Shown here in pieces: positions 10,637 through 19,499 of a DNA stretch of 64,000 nucleotides. The DNA lies in the NCBI GenBank assembly GCA_964413115.1, contig CAYPSQ010000003.1:23174-87173 (forward strand). Direction: 5' to 3'. Each line of letters begins with the position of its first letter. Within the stretch, counting starts at the first letter, position 1. The notes beneath the pieces are model-generated. The model did no database searches and had not been told where the DNA came from. It worked only from the letters and a program-made list of their open reading frames with translations. A program made the translations under genes and the position numbers. The stretch comes from an uncultured Rhizobiaceae bacterium. GTDB taxonomy: Bacteria; Pseudomonadota; Alphaproteobacteria; UBA828.

Positions 10637-12097
10637 ATGCAAATCGGCGGTGAAGAATATCTTGAATCGCTTCGGGACGGCCGCACCGTCTATCTTGGTG
10701 GTGAGCGCGTCGATGACGTGACCACTCATCCAGCGTTTCGCAACGCTGCGCGATCCTTCGCCATGATTTACGATTTTAAGAAGGACCCCGCCAATCTCGA
10801 GCTCCTGAGCTATGAGGAAGGCGGTGAGCGCCATGCGCTTTACTGGATGATGCCGCGCAGCCGGGAGGATTTAGTTCGCCGCCTTAAATGCCACCAATAC
10901 ATAGCCGATCAAACATACGGTATGATGGGCCGGACCCAGGATTTCTATGCAGGGTTTGTTGTCGCCTTGGCGATGCATCCGGAAATTTTTGATACCGATA
11001 AGTACAAGTTCTCGCAAAATATGGTCGCCTATTATGAATTTCTCCGCGACAGAGATTTGTTCGTGTGCAACGCCGTCACGCCGCCTCCTGGAATTCGACA
11101 ACGGGAAGCATTTATCGAGCGCGGAAAAACCTTGCCGGCACTTCGCGTGTCGAAGGAGGATGACGCGGGCGTGATTGTGGATGGCGTCAATCTGCTGGCC
11201 ACAGCCGCACCCTTTTCGCATGAAATTTGGCTTGGAAACATTCAGAGAGTGGCGCCCGAATTCAATAAGGAAGCTATTACTTGCGGTATTCCGATCGATA
11301 CGCCAGGCCTCAGCCTATGGTCGCGCAAGTCCTTCGAAAAGCATGCAGTCAGTGAATTTGATAATCCGTTGTCCTATCGTTTCGATGAATCTGATTGCAT
11401 CGTCGTATGCGAAAATGTTCACATCCCATGGGAGCGCGTGTTCGTGCATGATGACGCTGATTTGTCGGTTGATATTTATTACGACACCGCGGCTCACAGT
11501 TTGGGAAATCATCAAGCCACCGTGCGCTATCACTCCAAGTTGCGGTTTCTCGCCGGGATTGCGCGGCGTATCACAGAGGTTACGGGGTCGATAAAGGTTC
11601 CGGCGGTTCAGGATACACTCGGCCATATCGCGGCTATGGAAAGCATGATTGACGGCATGGTTCAGGGCCAGGTGCACGACCATGAAACTCTGCCCAACGG
11701 TTACGTCAACATTAATCGGCGTTTGATGTATGGCGCCATTTATTGGTGCTACACCCATTACGACGAGTTATGTACAACACTGCGTGAACTTATGGGCGGT
11801 GGCACGATGCAAATGCCGGCGGATGTTTCCGTGTTCGAAGTTCCGGAACTCCGAGACAAATTCGAAACCTATTGGTCCACCCCCGAGCACAGCGCTGAGC
11901 ATCGCTTTAAGCTCTTTAAAGCGGCTTGGGACGCTGTCGGCACCGAATTCGCCGGTCGTCACATGTTGTATGAACGCTTTTATATTGGCCCCGCATTCAT
12001 CGCTCGAATGCACGCGTTTCGTGAAGCCGATTGGGATGGCATGGGTGGGATGGCGGATAAATTAATGGCCAGCTACGACGCCCCGAAGAGAGCGTAG
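10637..12097 (+). CDS. HpaB-family flavin-dependent monooxygenase oxygenase component / 4-hydroxybutyryl-CoA dehydratase superfamily protein
   Basis: 486 aa. N-terminus YLESLRDGRTVYLGGERVDDVTTHPAF is the hallmark of the HpaB/4-BUDH family. AGGAG RBS. Confidence 0.7.
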   Translation: MQIGGEEYLESLRDGRTVYLGGERVDDVTTHPAFRNAARSFAMIYDFKKDPANLELLSYEEGGERHALYWMMPRSREDLVRRLKCHQYIADQTYGMMGRTQDFYAGFVVALAMHPEIFDTDKYKFSQNMVAYYEFLRDRDLFVCNAVTPPPGIRQREAFIERGKTLPALRVSKEDDAGVIVDGVNLLATAAPFSHEIWLGNIQRVAPEFNKEAITCGIPIDTPGLSLWSRKSFEKHAVSEFDNPLSYRFDESDCIVVCENVHIPWERVFVHDDADLSVDIYYDTAAHSLGNHQATVRYHSKLRFLAGIARRITEVTGSIKVPAVQDTLGHIAAMESMIDGMVQGQVHDHETLPNGYVNINRRLMYGAIYWCYTHYDELCTTLRELMGGGTMQMPADVSVFEVPELRDKFETYWSTPEHSAEHRFKLFKAAWDAVGTEFAGRHMLYERFYIGPAFIARMHAFREADWDGMGGMADKLMASYDAPKRA

Positions 12098-12724
12098 GGC
12101 AGCGCAGGCGGCGCCATAGCCATTATCTATATTTACTACCACTACACCCGGCGCGCAGCTTACCAGCGATGAGAATAGTGCAGTCTCGCCGCCGCGCGCC
12201 GCGCCGTATCCAGTCGAGGTCGGCACCGCGATCACCAGACCCGGTACCAGCCCGCCAACGACGCTTGGCATCGCCGCATCGAGACCGGCGACCGCGATGA
12301 CGATGCGGTGGCGTTTAATTTCCTCAATGCGCTCCATCAGCCGCCACAATCCGGCGACACCGACATCGCTGATCTCGAGATAGGGTGTGCCGTAATAGGC
12401 AAGGGTGCGCGCCGCCTCGCGGCTGACTCGCACATCCGAAGTACCGGCGGTGACAATGGCGGTCTCTGCTTTGCCGGTGGGTGCCGCCACGTTCCCAAAA
12501 AAGCCCGTGCGCGACAGCGGCTCATAATCTATTTGCGACCTTAGCGGCGGCGGTAGAGACTTCAGGGCCGCCGCATCAAGACGCGTTAGCAACAGGCTGC
12601 CATCGCCGGTTTGCTCAAGAATCGTAGTTAAATGCTCGGCTGATTTTCCGGCGCAAAGAATGGCTTCGTCGAAGCCGAGGCGTTCACGGCGTTCGATATC
12701 CAGTTTGATGTCGCGCTCAACCAT
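12062..12724 (-). CDS. larB: nickel-pincer cofactor biosynthesis protein LarB (P2CMN synthase; PurE-like carboxylase)
   Basis: 220 aa with PurE-like motifs IAVAGLDAAMPSVVGGLVPGLVIAVPTSTGYGAARGG and a LarB-type N-terminal region. Immediately downstream of larE. Confidence 0.75.
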   Translation of the reverse strand: MVERDIKLDIERRERLGFDEAILCAGKSAEHLTTILEQTGDGSLLLTRLDAAALKSLPPPLRSQIDYEPLSRTGFFGNVAAPTGKAETAIVTAGTSDVRVSREAARTLAYYGTPYLEISDVGVAGLWRLMERIEEIKRHRIVIAVAGLDAAMPSVVGGLVPGLVIAVPTSTGYGAARGGETALFSSLVSCAPGVVVVNIDNGYGAACAALRSLRGVVAGH

Positions 12725-13538
12725 TCGCCGCCGGCCGAAGAAAGGCGGAGCCCATGCGATAGGTCTGGAAGTCGAGCGGTTTGTCTATACCTTCCGCTTC
12801 AAGCATCGCGGTGATGACGGTGCGGAGATCCGCCACGCCGGTTTCGTTGAGAATAGAGAGGCCCGCCGCATCAAGCTCAATCACTACTTCCTTTTTTCTG
12901 ATGCGGCAACGCACTGTATGCGCTCCGACGCGTCGGGAAACGAACTTCTCGACCGCGTCGATCAGAGTTAATAAATTTCCCTCGATGCGTAAACCGGTCT
13001 CGATACGGCTGGAGAGACACGGCGCTGCCGGCAGTTCGGCAAGATCGTCTAGTTCCAAATGTCGTGCTATGGCGCGCACCGTGGCTTTGTCGATGCCGGC
13101 TTCGACGAAGGGGTGGCGCACACCTCGGCGGAGCGCGGCTTCCAGCCCGGGGCGGTAATCACCAAGATCGTCGAGATTGGTGCCCGACAGCACACTATGT
13201 TCGGTCACGGCGGCGATACCGTCATAGAGATTAGTTTTGCAATAGAAGCATCGGTTCACTGGATTGGCGCGGTAGTTCGGGTCGTCGAATTCTCCGGCGT
13301 TGAATTCGCGTAAACGCCACCCCTCCTTTACGGCATAGCGCCGGATCCGCACCGTAGCGTCGACTGGGACGGCTGGCGAGCGCGCGTGGAACATTTCAAA
13401 ATTCCGACCCTCCAGACGCCCGGCAATCGTGGCCAGCGTCATACTGTCGACGCCACCACTGACGGCAATTGCCGCGCGGGTGAAGTCGCTGAGCACATCG
13501 CGTAATGTCACTAGTTCGGGCAACTGGGTCTCAGTCAT
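12717..13538 (-). CDS. larE: LarE-family ATP-dependent sulfur transferase (PP-loop ATP pyrophosphatase), predicted Fe-S (CxxC...C) type
   Basis: Trimmed to the Met at residue 32. PP-loop SGGVDS motif, plus CFYC and a later PCLSSR cysteine. Confidence 0.75.
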   Translation of the reverse strand: MTETQLPELVTLRDVLSDFTRAAIAVSGGVDSMTLATIAGRLEGRNFEMFHARSPAVPVDATVRIRRYAVKEGWRLREFNAGEFDDPNYRANPVNRCFYCKTNLYDGIAAVTEHSVLSGTNLDDLGDYRPGLEAALRRGVRHPFVEAGIDKATVRAIARHLELDDLAELPAAPCLSSRIETGLRIEGNLLTLIDAVEKFVSRRVGAHTVRCRIRKKEVVIELDAAGLSILNETGVADLRTVITAMLEAEGIDKPLDFQTYRMGSAFLRPAANG

Positions 13539-14712
13539 TACGTTCTTCTCGTCCAAGGGCGGCATCTTCGATGACGCGTTTTCGCGCCATGCGCCCGGCA
13601 TGTCCGCCATCAGCCGACGCCACCTTATCAATGTCTGCTTTCGCAGTTGGTACCCCGGCGGGGCGCGTCACCAGCTTTACACCTTGCTCAAGTTTGCGCG
13701 TCAATACGGCACGTCGGCAGATTTCCCAGCGTAGGCCTAGCGTCGTGGTCTCGCTGAAACAGGCTGCGGTCGCCGCTTCGCGCGCATCGGGGCGGGCGAG
13801 GAGTTGTATCTGCGCCGCGATCCGACCCTTTTTGCCAAACACCGGCATGTGCAGGACGTCGAGAACGCCATCGATCGCGCGCAAATTATCTAACCCAACG
13901 GCCAGATCTTCCGGGCTCTGATCGTCAATTTCGAAGCGCAGCACCGCTACTTGATCTTCGGCGATCAATGCCCCGACACTTTCGAATTCAAGAACGCGCA
14001 AGACGTTGCTGATGCCGGGAAAAACCTTGGTACCAAAGCCGATGCCGCTTTCGACTAGGCGCTCCGGCGGGTGCACGCCATCCTGCTCCGGATTGAGATG
14101 TGCGAGAATGGCAGCGCCAGTTGGCGTGATGCGCTCGCCCTTGCGGCCATCGTCATGCAGGGTGAATCCTTTCAGAAGTTTGACTGCCGCAGGCACCGGC
14201 ACGGGCAATTCACCATGTGCGGTGGTCACGCGGCCCGCACCCGTGGGCAAAGAGGAAATTGACCAGCGCGTGTCCCCGCGTTGGTCGATAAGATGAGCGG
14301 AGCCAATGATATCAGCAATTGAATCCCAGGCGCCGACCTCGTGAAACGTTACTTCTTCAGGGTCGACTCCATGCACAGCGCCCTCGGCCACAGCAAGACG
14401 GGCGAAAATATCCTGCGCTCGATCGCGAGTGCCGTCTGGCAATTCAGCGGCGTCGAGGCGGGCGCGGAGTGCGCGGAAAGGAGTATGTTCTTCGCCATCA
14501 TCTTCCACCGGCAGCGCAACGTCGAAGCGCGTTCCGTTAAGAATATGATCATGGTGCGCCACAATGCGGAGATCGACCGATTGCGGCACGCCGGTGGCAC
14601 GGATAGCCGCTAGTGCGCCGTCCGCTTCGTCGGGATGGGCGTCGAGCAGAGCGGCGACGAACATATCGCCAGCGACGCCACCGACGGCATCAAGATGAAC
14701 GCGCCGGGACAT
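13531..14712 (-). CDS. larC: nickel insertion protein LarC (CTP-dependent nickel insertase, DUF111 family)
   Basis: 393 aa. N-terminus LDAVGGVAGDMFVAALLDAHPD is typical of LarC. Confidence 0.8.
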   Translation of the reverse strand: MSRRVHLDAVGGVAGDMFVAALLDAHPDEADGALAAIRATGVPQSVDLRIVAHHDHILNGTRFDVALPVEDDGEEHTPFRALRARLDAAELPDGTRDRAQDIFARLAVAEGAVHGVDPEEVTFHEVGAWDSIADIIGSAHLIDQRGDTRWSISSLPTGAGRVTTAHGELPVPVPAAVKLLKGFTLHDDGRKGERITPTGAAILAHLNPEQDGVHPPERLVESGIGFGTKVFPGISNVLRVLEFESVGALIAEDQVAVLRFEIDDQSPEDLAVGLDNLRAIDGVLDVLHMPVFGKKGRIAAQIQLLARPDAREAATAACFSETTTLGLRWEICRRAVLTRKLEQGVKLVTRPAGVPTAKADIDKVASADGGHAGRMARKRVIEDAALGREERND

Positions 14713-14794
14713 GGCGGATTCCGTTATTAATTTCTGTCACTTAAAGAATCGTTCAAAATAAGCCGCTTGGAAAGTGCACACAACTCCGCATGCC

Positions 14795-15739
14795 CTAATC
14801 TGGCTTAGGGCGCATATCGCCGAAATGTCGGGTCAGGCCCATCAACTGGCGGTCACGCCATTCCTGGCGGACCGGCACTTCGGTAACCGGCGTGGCGCGC
14901 TCCATCTCGACGGTCAAGCGGGCGATCATCTCCGGTTTCAAGGGGTGCGGCTCGCGGTGTAGATCAGCGATGATGCCGTTGATAGCGCCCTGGAATTTTC
15001 TATAATATTCTGAAATACCGCCGGTGGCGTTGAGATGATTGGTCTCAAACGGCCCCATAAATGCCCAGCGCCGGCCAAGGCCGTATTTGACGATACTGTC
15101 GACATCTTCGGCCGAGACATAGCCGCCATCAACTAGATGCAGCGCCTCATTGATCAGCGCGAATTGCAGGCGGTTCAACACATAGCCGAAAATCTCCTTG
15201 TTGAGCCGCACCGGTACCTGGCCGATATCGCCGAGGAGCGTACAGCAGGCTTCGAATGTTTCCTCGCTGGTGGCCGGCCCAAGCATCAGTTCCACCACCG
15301 GAATGAGATGCGGTGGGTTGACCGGATGGGCGACGATACAACGCGCGCCGCCGGTAAGATTGGCCATGAATTCGGATGGCGGGATCGACGACACCGAACT
15401 GGCGATGATTGCGTCGGGCGGCGCCGCTCGGTCGAGTTCGCGAAACACTGCCCGCTTGGTTTCGACATCCTCAATCACGCTCTCCTGGATATAGTCGACG
15501 CCCTGAAGCGCCTCATCGAGCGAATCGCATGTTCGGATGCGCTGCATGATATCCCCTGTAGCCGCGACAAGACCTTCGCTCGCCAAAGATCCCAGCGTGC
15601 TCTCAATCACCGGCAGCGCAGCTTTGAGGGCATCTGGTTGACTGTCATAGAGCGCCACTTCATGTCCGGCGCGGGCAAAGATTGCAGCCCAGGCGCGGCC
15701 GAGATTGCCTACGCCAATGCAGGCTATTTTATGCTTCAT
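14795..15739 (-). CDS. 3-hydroxyacyl-CoA dehydrogenase family protein (L-carnitine/L-gulonate 3-dehydrogenase-like)
   Basis: 314 aa. N-terminal NAD motif KIACIGVGNLGRAWAAIFARAGHEV and a C-terminal dimerisation domain typical of the HADH family. Confidence 0.7.
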   Translation of the reverse strand: MKHKIACIGVGNLGRAWAAIFARAGHEVALYDSQPDALKAALPVIESTLGSLASEGLVAATGDIMQRIRTCDSLDEALQGVDYIQESVIEDVETKRAVFRELDRAAPPDAIIASSVSSIPPSEFMANLTGGARCIVAHPVNPPHLIPVVELMLGPATSEETFEACCTLLGDIGQVPVRLNKEIFGYVLNRLQFALINEALHLVDGGYVSAEDVDSIVKYGLGRRWAFMGPFETNHLNATGGISEYYRKFQGAINGIIADLHREPHPLKPEMIARLTVEMERATPVTEVPVRQEWRDRQLMGLTRHFGDMRPKPD

Positions 15740-15740
15740 C

Positions 15741-16985
15741 TCAGGTTTCCACCTTGGGCGCGCTTTCCGCCCAGCGCGCCATCAGGGTGTTGGAGGGCAG
15801 GGACTTGTCCTTGACCTTATTTGCCGTTTCCACTCCCGCAATCGGCAATCCGGTGGGATCAAGTTTGCCGATTTGCACCAGTACCGAAGCTTGATCCCAA
15901 TAAATATGCTCATGATAGAGTTTGCCGCCCCGGAAATTGACTACGGCGATCAGCGGGATTTCAACCTTCTTGCCGGTAGGCGGTATGCCCGGCAGCATCC
16001 AGTCGATTTCCTCGTCATGGGTGAAGCAGAATATCATCTCGTCGACCACCCGGTCGGCGCCGACGGTCCGCGAGATCGGTACCAGATGGGTATCTTTCGG
16101 CATTTGCGGGATGAAGTGATTGGCATAAAAGCGCTCCAATTCGGCTACCCCAGTGCCGCCGGTCAAGACTGGCACATGATTGACGTAAGGCTCACTGACC
16201 ATGGTTGCTAGCGTGTCTGCGGTATCGCGTGTCGCGAATTCATATTTGAGATGTTCGTCCCATAGGGCCTCCAAATTAAAATGTGGACCCATCACCTTGT
16301 GCAACGCAGCGATGGTGCGTGAATGGGCCATCATCGAGGCGGGGCGGTCGTAGACCGACGTGCGACGATGGTTGTAGAAGGCGTGATCGACATTGGGGTA
16401 GGTGTAAATTTCGACATTGTCTTGGCCGTCGAATTGACCGCTGATTGCCGCCACCGCCGCTTCCGGCACATGCTGATCTAGCGCAGCAAAATGCATTTGC
16501 AGCGGGCAGGAAATATTGCTGGCTTCCGCCAAATAGCTCTCGATGCCGACGCCATAGAAAGATACAGCTACATCGACATCCTGGCGTGCGGCGGTGAGAT
16601 AGGCGAGCTTGCCGCCGAGACAAAACCCGACACAGCCGACCTTGCCGGTGCATTCGTCACGAGTACGCAAGGCCTTGAGCGTGGCGCCGATATCCTCGAT
16701 GCCCTGGTCGAGATCGAATTCACCCATCAATTCAATGGCCTTGCTGAATTCGCTTTCGCTATAGCCGAGGTCAACGCCCGGCTCGATGCGCCAGAATAGA
16801 TCCGGCACGATAGTGACATAGCCTTCCTCGGCGAACAGATCGGCGGTCTCGCGTAAGGATTGATTGATACCGAAAATTTCCTGCAGTAGTACCAGTCCGG
16901 CACCGCTGCCAGATTCGGGCAGCGCCAGGTAGGCGCCCATTGCCGCGCTGGCGCTGGTTGGAATTTCGATCATTTTTCCGTTCAT
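15741..16985 (-). CDS. dienelactone hydrolase family protein fused to a C-terminal NTF2/SnoaL-like domain
   Basis: Track ORF trimmed to MNGKMIEIP (GGAGA RBS). The first roughly 245 aa are DLH-like (GFCLGG nucleophile elbow). The remaining roughly 170 aa resemble SnoaL/NTF2-like cyclase folds. Stop is 1 bp from the start of the HADH-like gene. Confidence 0.6.
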   Translation of the reverse strand: MNGKMIEIPTSASAAMGAYLALPESGSGAGLVLLQEIFGINQSLRETADLFAEEGYVTIVPDLFWRIEPGVDLGYSESEFSKAIELMGEFDLDQGIEDIGATLKALRTRDECTGKVGCVGFCLGGKLAYLTAARQDVDVAVSFYGVGIESYLAEASNISCPLQMHFAALDQHVPEAAVAAISGQFDGQDNVEIYTYPNVDHAFYNHRRTSVYDRPASMMAHSRTIAALHKVMGPHFNLEALWDEHLKYEFATRDTADTLATMVSEPYVNHVPVLTGGTGVAELERFYANHFIPQMPKDTHLVPISRTVGADRVVDEMIFCFTHDEEIDWMLPGIPPTGKKVEIPLIAVVNFRGGKLYHEHIYWDQASVLVQIGKLDPTGLPIAGVETANKVKDKSLPSNTLMARWAESAPKVET

Positions 16986-17196
16986 TTTCTTGTCTCCGTG
17001 ATGCGGTGGGTATTTAGTTATAGCTTGATGTGCATGTCCCACAGCTTGTCGCGTCGTCAAATTCCGTCGCTGCGCCGTTGGGCAATCCGCCTTTCTTGCC
17101 GTCCATGGCCACGCGTATCCCCAGACCTGATTGTGATCTTTCAGCGACGTCGCCGCAATCCGTGCATTCGACAGTAGCAATAGGCAATATAGCGCG

Positions 17197-18432
17197 ATGA
17201 TGACAAGAGATGACTGTGCTGCGCGCGATGCACGCGATCCGTTGGCGCCATTCCGCGCCCGTTTCGCGCTGCCTGAGGGGGTGATCTATCTTGATGGAAA
17301 TTCGCTCGGCGCATTGCCCAGGGCGGCGGCCAAACGGGCGACCAGTGTCATCGATGAGGAATGGGGCACTGGGCTCATTCGCAGTTGGAATGAAGCCGGC
17401 TGGATGGAGTTGCCGTTTAAAGCGGGAGACAAGATCGCGCAACTTGTCGGCGCCACGGCGGGCGAAGTGGTGGCCTGCGATTCGACCTCCGTTAATCTGT
17501 TTAAATTGTTGGCGGCAGGGTTTGCGCTCCGTCCCGAAAGGCGTGTGTTGCTGACTGATAGCGACAATTTCCCAACCGATAATTACGTCGCCGAAGGTAT
17601 CGGCGATTTCCTAGGCGACAGGGTCGAGCGCCGCCTGGTACCGGCGGATGCAATTATCGACGCTATCGATGACGATACGGCAGTGGTGTCGCTCACCCAT
17701 GTTAATTACAGGACCGGGCGTATCCATGATATGGCAGCTATTAACGCTGCGGCAGCAGCACAGGGTGTGCTCACGTTGTGGGATCTGAGCCACAGCGCCG
17801 GGGCTGTGCCACTTGATCTCAACGGTGCTGGAGCGGACCTCGCCGTTGGCTGTGGCTATAAATATCTTAATGGCGGGCCCGGCGCTCCGGCTTACATATT
17901 TGTTGCCAAGCGCCATCAGGCAGCCATCCGCCAGCCGCTTAGCGGTTGGATGGGCCATGCCGCGCCGTTCAAATTTGCCAATCAATTCCACCCGGCGCCG
18001 GGCATCGGGCGTATGCAGTCAGGCACACCGCCGATTTTAGCACTGGCCATACTAGATTGTAGCTTGGATATTCTCGCTGAGGCCGGCATGGCGGCACTCC
18101 GCGCAAAATCTGTCGCGCTTAGCGAGCTTTTCATCGCGCGTGTCGATGCAATCTGTACCGGTCATGGCCTAAAATTGCTGTCGCCGCGAAATTCAGCCGA
18201 GCGTGGCAGCCAAGTTTCTTACACCTATGCCAATGGTTTTGGCGCAGTCCAGGCTCTGATAGCGCGCGGCGTCATCGGCGATTTTCGCCAACCAGACGTC
18301 ATGCGCTTTGGCTTCGCGCCGCTTTATCTGCGCTATATTGACATATGGGACGCCGTCGAGGTGCTTGGCGCGGTGCTTGACGATGGGGAATGGCAAGGCC
18401 ATAAATTTGGCGAAAAGGGCGAGGTTACTTAA
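17197..18432 (+). CDS. kynU: kynureninase
   Basis: 411 aa with kynureninase-type N-terminus (PLAPFRARFALPEGVIYLDGNSLGALP) and PLP-fold aminotransferase class V layout. Confidence 0.85.
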   Translation: MMTRDDCAARDARDPLAPFRARFALPEGVIYLDGNSLGALPRAAAKRATSVIDEEWGTGLIRSWNEAGWMELPFKAGDKIAQLVGATAGEVVACDSTSVNLFKLLAAGFALRPERRVLLTDSDNFPTDNYVAEGIGDFLGDRVERRLVPADAIIDAIDDDTAVVSLTHVNYRTGRIHDMAAINAAAAAQGVLTLWDLSHSAGAVPLDLNGAGADLAVGCGYKYLNGGPGAPAYIFVAKRHQAAIRQPLSGWMGHAAPFKFANQFHPAPGIGRMQSGTPPILALAILDCSLDILAEAGMAALRAKSVALSELFIARVDAICTGHGLKLLSPRNSAERGSQVSYTYANGFGAVQALIARGVIGDFRQPDVMRFGFAPLYLRYIDIWDAVEVLGAVLDDGEWQGHKFGEKGEVT

Positions 18433-18436
18433 GCTC

Positions 18437-18697
18437 TCAAGCGGTGAACGGTACGACAGCCGTCGTTTCGGTCTCCACTTTAGCGCGATTGCCCATGAGA
18501 GCGGATACCACGACCATTGCTATGCCTGAGAATTCCTTGCGTCCGCGCGCCGTCAGGGCAAGCCGTGAGGAACGCCTGTCGGCCTGCGGTGACCAGCGTT
18601 TGACCAAGCCCTCGCGCTCGATCGTGGTTAAACAGGTTAAGAGTCCTAGCCAAAAGCGGAGCGGGCTTTGCCCTTCGCTGTTTTTTCCTTGCTACGC
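18437..18697 (-). pseudogene. remnant of a MarR-family regulator (C-terminal winged-helix wing and dimerisation helix only, no start codon)
   Basis: Minus-strand frame reads ...LGLLTCLTTIEREGLVKRWSPQADRRSSRLALTARGRKEF...*. This is the MarR wing motif GLV.R..dp.DRR...LT..G. Frame opens after an in-frame TAG with no upstream ATG. An intact MarR would overlap the SDR gene. Confidence 0.5.
18655..18687. terminator. candidate bidirectional rho-independent terminator between kynU and the SDR gene
   Basis: GC-rich imperfect hairpin AGCGGAGCGGGC-ttt-GCCCTTCGCTG flanked by TTTTTT on the plus strand and TTTTGG on the minus strand. Confidence 0.4.
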
Positions 18698-18725
18698 GCG
18701 CCCGTATTTCGCAGTGCGCGAGCCA

Positions 18726-19499
18726 TTACATCCACGCTCCCCCCGCCATGGCAATTGATTGACCGGTGATTGATTCGGCACCCGGCAGGCATAGCCAGCC
18801 CACTGTTGCGCCAACTTCGCTGGCCTCGATGATGCGCGCTTGCGGATTTTTCTTGGCTAACTCGCCACGTGCGTCGTCCTCGCTCATTCCGGTAAGTTTT
18901 TGGATGTTCTCGACGCCGCGTTCGACCATGCCGGTCTCGACATAGGCCGGGCAGACGGCATTGACAGTAATGCCTTTCTTTGCGACTTCGAGTGCGAGGG
19001 TCCGGGTCAGGCCAACCATTGCGTGCTTCGAGGCACAATAGGCGGAGATATAGGGCTGGCCGGTTAACCCTGCGAGGCTGGAGATATTGACGATGCGGCC
19101 CCATCCTGCCTCAATCATCGCCGGCAGCACCTGTTGAGTGCAGATATGCGTGCCGATTAGATTCACTTCCATGATCCGGCGCATCATGTCGGCTGAGGTC
19201 CGCATAAACGGCGCTGTCTCGGCGATGCCGGAATTATTAATGAGGATATTAATGTCCCCGAACGACTCTGCGGCTTTGGTGAACACCCGTTCGACCGCTT
19301 CTTCGTCGGTCACGTCAAGCTTGCGTGCTTCTGCGACGGGCAACTTCGCTGCCATTTCTTCGAGTTTTTCCATATTACGCCCGGTGAGCGTCAATTTCGC
19401 GCCGTTTGCCGCCAACACTTTTGCGCTGGCGCCGCCAATACCGTGACCGCCGCCGGTGATAAAAGCGTGCTTGCCGCTGATTGCCGTACCGTTGCTCAT
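18726..19499 (-). CDS. short-chain dehydrogenase/reductase (SDR) family oxidoreductase
   Basis: 257 aa. [12 protein letters not shown] cofactor motif, NNSG motif, YCASK catalytic motif. Confidence 0.85.
   Translation of the reverse strand: MSNGTAISGKHAFITGGGHGIGGASAKVLAANGAKLTLTGRNMEKLEEMAAKLPVAEARKLDVTDEEAVERVFTKAAESFGDINILINNSGIAETAPFMRTSADMMRRIMEVNLIGTHICTQQVLPAMIEAGWGRIVNISSLAGLTGQPYISAYCASKHAMVGLTRTLALEVAKKGITVNAVCPAYVETGMVERGVENIQKLTGMSEDDARGELAKKNPQARIIEASEVGATVGWLCLPGAESITGQSIAMAGGAWM

Noticed and set aside
12062-17180. A LarA (lactate-racemase family, DUF2088) gene adjacent to larBCE
   Set aside because: No ORF of about 425 aa with LarA-like features anywhere in the window. Neighbours are confidently other families.
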